20,048 bases of DNA from an uncultured Fibrobacterales bacterium. GTDB lineage: Bacteria; Fibrobacterota; Fibrobacteria; Fibrobacterales; CAWVXU01. Positions within the stretch are counted from its first letter, which is position 1. Every line of letters begins with the position of its first letter. Where the stretch lies: assembly GCA_963934255.1 (NCBI GenBank), contig CAWVXU010000048.1, positions 1-20,048 on the forward strand, given 5' to 3'. Made by a program: the position numbers and the translations under genes. Of this stretch, positions 17,193 to 20,048 are shown one piece after another. The notes below the pieces were generated by a model. That model saw nothing but the letters and a program-made list of their open reading frames with translations. It ran no database searches and was not told the origin of the DNA.

Positions 17193-18389
17193 ATGTCTAG
17201 AATAACATTTGGTCAAATCAACAGTGTCGTACAGACGAATTTAAATAATAATTACTCAAGACTTTCAAAACTTCAAGAACAAATTTCATCTGGTAAGGCA
17301 ATTAACCGTCCTTCTGATGCACCAATTGAAGTCACTAATGATCTTGAAATCAGAAGTGAAATCAATAGCATAGGACAGTATCGTCGTAATTCTGAAGATG
17401 GTCGTTCTTATCTTGGTGTTGTTGACTCTACTTTGATTAATGCCAATAATATTTTCCAATCCATGCGTGAACGCGCAGTTCAAGGTGCCAATGATACAAA
17501 CTCGGCTTCAGAACGTGGCTACATCGGTAATGAAGTTCGTCAGGGTATATACTCAATGTTAAGTGTGGCTAATACAACTTATAAAGGTGATTATGTTTTC
17601 TCGGGTCAGAACACCGATGTGAAACCTTATACACTTGTTAAGGGTAGTGAAAATATTAATGATATTGATGACACGGGCACTAATGTTACAGATACATTCA
17701 TAACCGCCGCTCAACTTAATACTCCCATACAATTGTGGGATAGATCTATCACTGATGCCGCCTCGGCTTCAGGTAATGCTAAAGTTTCTCATGTAATTCC
17801 AGGTACAGTGAATATTAATGGTCTTGAAGAAGGTGTCGATTACGAAATTGACTATAAAGTGGGGAAAATTTCATTTACCTCTCAGACTGGAATAGATGCT
17901 GCAGACACCGCAATTAACCCAGCTGGAATGGATATTGATTATGAATGGATACGTCGTTCTGAGGAAGATCTGAGTCAAGATATTCTTCGGACAATTGATA
18001 AAGATGTAGTAATGAAAATTAATGTGGTAGCTGATGATGTGTTTGGTCAGACAACTGAACTTGATGCTTTTGAAGCGGCAATTCATTTACTTGAAGGCCT
18101 ACATGAAAATGATGGTGGTCAGATTAATGAATCAATTGAGTTCATCGATGATACTTTCTCTCGGTTTTTAGCTGCTCAGTCTAAAGTAGGGTCCCGCTAT
18201 AATCAAATTGATCAAACCTGGGACCGCTTAGGTTCTAAAGAAATAGAAGCAACTCGTATTCAATCAGAAATTGAAGACTTAGATTTTGCCAAAGCAATTT
18301 CGGACTTCACACTCTCTGAGTCTGTTTATAATGCTTCGTTACAATCAGCATCTCGAGTAATCCAGCCGTCATTGGTTGACTTTATTTAA
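17193..18389 (+). CDS. flgL: Flagellar hook-associated protein 3
   Basis: MSRIT, LQEQISSGKAINRPSDAP, ANTTYKGDYVFSG, C-terminal SEIEDLDFAKAISDF...YNASLQ...IQPSLVDFI; AGGAGG RBS. Confidence 0.97.
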   Translation: MSRITFGQINSVVQTNLNNNYSRLSKLQEQISSGKAINRPSDAPIEVTNDLEIRSEINSIGQYRRNSEDGRSYLGVVDSTLINANNIFQSMRERAVQGANDTNSASERGYIGNEVRQGIYSMLSVANTTYKGDYVFSGQNTDVKPYTLVKGSENINDIDDTGTNVTDTFITAAQLNTPIQLWDRSITDAASASGNAKVSHVIPGTVNINGLEEGVDYEIDYKVGKISFTSQTGIDAADTAINPAGMDIDYEWIRRSEEDLSQDILRTIDKDVVMKINVVADDVFGQTTELDAFEAAIHLLEGLHENDGGQINESIEFIDDTFSRFLAAQSKVGSRYNQIDQTWDRLGSKEIEATRIQSEIEDLDFAKAISDFTLSESVYNASLQSASRVIQPSLVDFI

Positions 18390-18431
18390 ACTGAGTCAAT
18401 AATCTACTGATTTCATTTGATTAAATTATTC

Positions 18432-18461
18432 AGTCTGTTGTCTTTTGACAGCAGACTTTTT
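18432..18461 (+). terminator. Rho-independent terminator after flgL
   Basis: AGTCTGTTGTC-TTTT-GACAGCAGACT stem (one G:U pair) followed by a T run. Confidence 0.85.
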
Positions 18462-18619
18462 ATGCTTAAAGCGCTAAATCCCCATATAGACGATGATTTT
18501 TCAGAAAACAAGGCAAAGAATGCCCCTTGGATTCATACAAAGGAAAATTATCTCACAAGACCCTTTAACTTTTACTCAAACCCCTACTTAGAATTTGATA
18601 AGTGCCGTTTTTACCTTAG

Positions 18620-18632
18620 AATCAACAACTTA
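18620..18632 (+). promoter_or_regulatory. Candidate IHF binding site
   Basis: AATCAACAACTTA matches WATCAANNNNTTR exactly and lies between the candidate activator sites and the sigma54 promoter, as expected for DNA looping. Confidence 0.55.
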
Positions 18633-18646
18633 TTAGGCTTAATTTT

Positions 18647-18663
18647 TTGGCATAAAGATTGCT
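18647..18663 (+). promoter_or_regulatory. Sigma54 (-24/-12) promoter of the flagellin gene
   Basis: TTGGCATAAAGATTGCT with exact GG-N10-GC spacing, 74 bp before the ATG at 18738 and downstream of the flgL terminator. Confidence 0.85.
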
Positions 18664-18690
18664 CTAAAAGTAATTAGAAAATAGACATTA

Positions 18691-18730
18691 CTCTCGGATT
18701 ATGGATAAGCAGAGAATAATTAAGAAGGGA
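18691..18730 (+). promoter_or_regulatory. Candidate CsrA-binding GGA motifs in the flagellin 5' UTR
   Basis: CGGA (18695), ATGGA in the mini-hairpin TTA-TGGA-TAA (18699-18708) enclosed by CTCT/AGAG, and AGGGA in the SD; fliW lies downstream. Confidence 0.55.
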
Positions 18731-18737
18731 ATCAATC

Positions 18738-19583
18738 ATGACTAGAATCAATCACAATATCAACTCTATGGTAACTCAAGGGGCACTCGGACAAGCTAAT
18801 AGATCGATGTCAAGTTCACTTGAGAAGTTATCAACTGGTCTTCGCATTAATCGTGCATCAGATGATGCTGCAGGACTTTCCGTGTCAGAACAGCTACGAA
18901 CTCAAATTCGTGGATCTCGTATGGCGATTAAGAACTCTAGTGATGGTACTGCCTTATTAAGAATTGCTGAGGGTGCCGCAAATGAAGTTTCTGCTATGTT
19001 GCAGCGTATGCGTGAGCTCGGTATTCAAGCAGATAATGATACCTTGACATCTGTTGAACGTGTTTATCTTAATCAAGAATTTCAAGCATTAAAGTCAGAA
19101 ATTGACCGTATCTCCCTTGCTACTCAGTATAATGGTTTAACGCTGCTCGATGGTGGGTCAAATTCATTTGGTGCCGTAGGTGGCGCATCTGTCCTTCACA
19201 TTGGTGCAAATAACCAACCGGGTGTGGATCGAATTGCTGTTGGTATTGGTGCAATTACTATTGGCGCTTTAGGTCTTGATACAAGTTCAATTACTGGTCG
19301 TCCAGGAATTAGTGCGGCGATTGATTCTGTGACTAATGCAATTCAATCAGTTAACTCAATGCGCTCTGACATTGGTTCTCTTATGAACAGACTAGATCAC
19401 GCAGTCAATAATTTAGCTGTAGCTGAAACAAACATGCAAGCGGCAGAATCAGTGATTCGTGATGTAGACTTTGCACTGGAAACAACTGAATTTACGAGAA
19501 ATCAAATTTTAACACAATCTTCTACTTCGATGCTTGCTCAGGCAAACCAAGTACCTCAGGGAGTTTTGACTCTTTTACAATAA
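18738..19583 (+). CDS. fliC: Flagellin, short 281-aa type
   Basis: RINHNI.SM, LEKLSTGLRINRASDDAAGL, LQRMREL..QA.N, RSDIGS.MNRL, AAESVIRDVDFA.E, MLAQANQVPQGVLTLL. Confidence 0.98.
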   Translation: MTRINHNINSMVTQGALGQANRSMSSSLEKLSTGLRINRASDDAAGLSVSEQLRTQIRGSRMAIKNSSDGTALLRIAEGAANEVSAMLQRMRELGIQADNDTLTSVERVYLNQEFQALKSEIDRISLATQYNGLTLLDGGSNSFGAVGGASVLHIGANNQPGVDRIAVGIGAITIGALGLDTSSITGRPGISAAIDSVTNAIQSVNSMRSDIGSLMNRLDHAVNNLAVAETNMQAAESVIRDVDFALETTEFTRNQILTQSSTSMLAQANQVPQGVLTLLQ

Positions 19584-19619
19584 GGTTCAAGGCATAAATG
19601 ACATAAGATTTATGATAAT

Positions 19620-19640
19620 GGAGGCGTTGCCTCCTTTTTT
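19620..19640 (+). terminator. Rho-independent terminator after flagellin
   Basis: GGAGGC-GTT-GCCTCC followed by TTTTTT; a second AT-rich hairpin (CATAAAT..ATTTATG, 19593-19614) lies just upstream. Confidence 0.8.
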
Positions 19641-19685
19641 CATCTTTAAATTGACACGAACCATAAAATTTAACAATTTGATACT

Positions 19686-20048
19686 ATGGAACAAACACAA
19701 ACATATTCGATCGATGGCCTTCAGTTCGCAGAGAGTGATATCATTTATTTTGAAAGTGGTATACCTGGATTCTTATCGCATAAAAAGTTCGTCATCTCTC
19801 ATGACGAAGATCAAGAGCCTTTTCACTGGTTACACAGTGTAGATGACCCCCGTACCAAATTTGTCTTAATTAATCCGATGATGGTTGATGGTACATATGA
19901 CCCCAATATGACCAAACTAGATTTAGAAGATCTTCAATTTGAATCAAAATCTGATATGATGATCTACACTATTGTGACTCTTAATCATCAAAATTTAATG
20001 GAGTCAACCGCAAATTTGAATGGACCTATACTGATTAATATTCGTGGT
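19686..20048 (+). CDS. fliW: Flagellar assembly factor FliW (partial, runs off the window; absent from the ORF track)
   Basis: Hand translation from ATG 19686: MEQTQTYSIDGLQFAESDIIYFESGIPGF..HKKFVI...EPFHWLHSVDDP...FVLINP...Y.P...IYTIVTL...STANLNGPILIN. Matches FliW signatures I.F..GIPGF, WLQS, TANL..PI.IN; no stop before the edge. Confidence 0.93.
   Translation, partial: MEQTQTYSIDGLQFAESDIIYFESGIPGFLSHKKFVISHDEDQEPFHWLHSVDDPRTKFVLINPMMVDGTYDPNMTKLDLEDLQFESKSDMMIYTIVTLNHQNLMESTANLNGPILINIRG

Noticed and set aside
18585..18611. Sigma28 promoter using GCCGTTTT as -10 (also at 14069)
   Set aside because: Poor match to GCCGATAA and no TAAA at the required 15-bp spacing in either copy.
18417..18677. 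86-aa ORF between flgL and flagellin
   Set aside because: It spans the terminator, activator region and sigma54 promoter, has no RBS, and shows no recognisable motif.
19651..19685. Sigma70 promoter for fliW (perfect TTGACA at 19651)
   Set aside because: No convincing -10 at 16-18 bp spacing, so it is not reported as a feature.
19612..19842. 76-aa ORF after flagellin
   Set aside because: It starts within the terminator region and overlaps the real fliW in another frame.

Overview
AT-rich bacterial chromosomal window with no mobile element, CRISPR array, rRNA or tRNA visible. The left part is metabolic and housekeeping: a glgM(glgA)-glgE alpha-glucan pair on the - strand, a GAF-PAS sensor with no output domain, a stand-alone DsbD N-terminal domain, a PadR regulator, two small exported proteins, glmS-scpA, folE and argA. 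It also has a three-gene unknown envelope cluster (66-aa ORF, lipoprotein, membrane-anchored TPR protein). The right part (14.0-20.0 kb) is a late flagellar cluster: flgJ-like rod-binding domain fused to an SLT domain, flgN, flgK, flgL, a short flagellin, and a fliW that runs off the window edge and is missing from the ORF track. Most notable observations: (i) FlgK and FlgL carry the same ~55-aa inserted module (GTV..L.EG..DY.[VI]DY..G...F...ID[FY]); (ii) FlgJ carries a lytic transglycosylase instead of a GH73 domain; (iii) the flgJNKL operon and the flagellin both have canonical sigma54 promoters sharing an identical 11-mer at the same offset, with no flgM at its usual place; (iv) GlgE appears to lack its helical S domain. 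The ScpA sequence recalls Fibrobacterota, but this is from memory and unverified.
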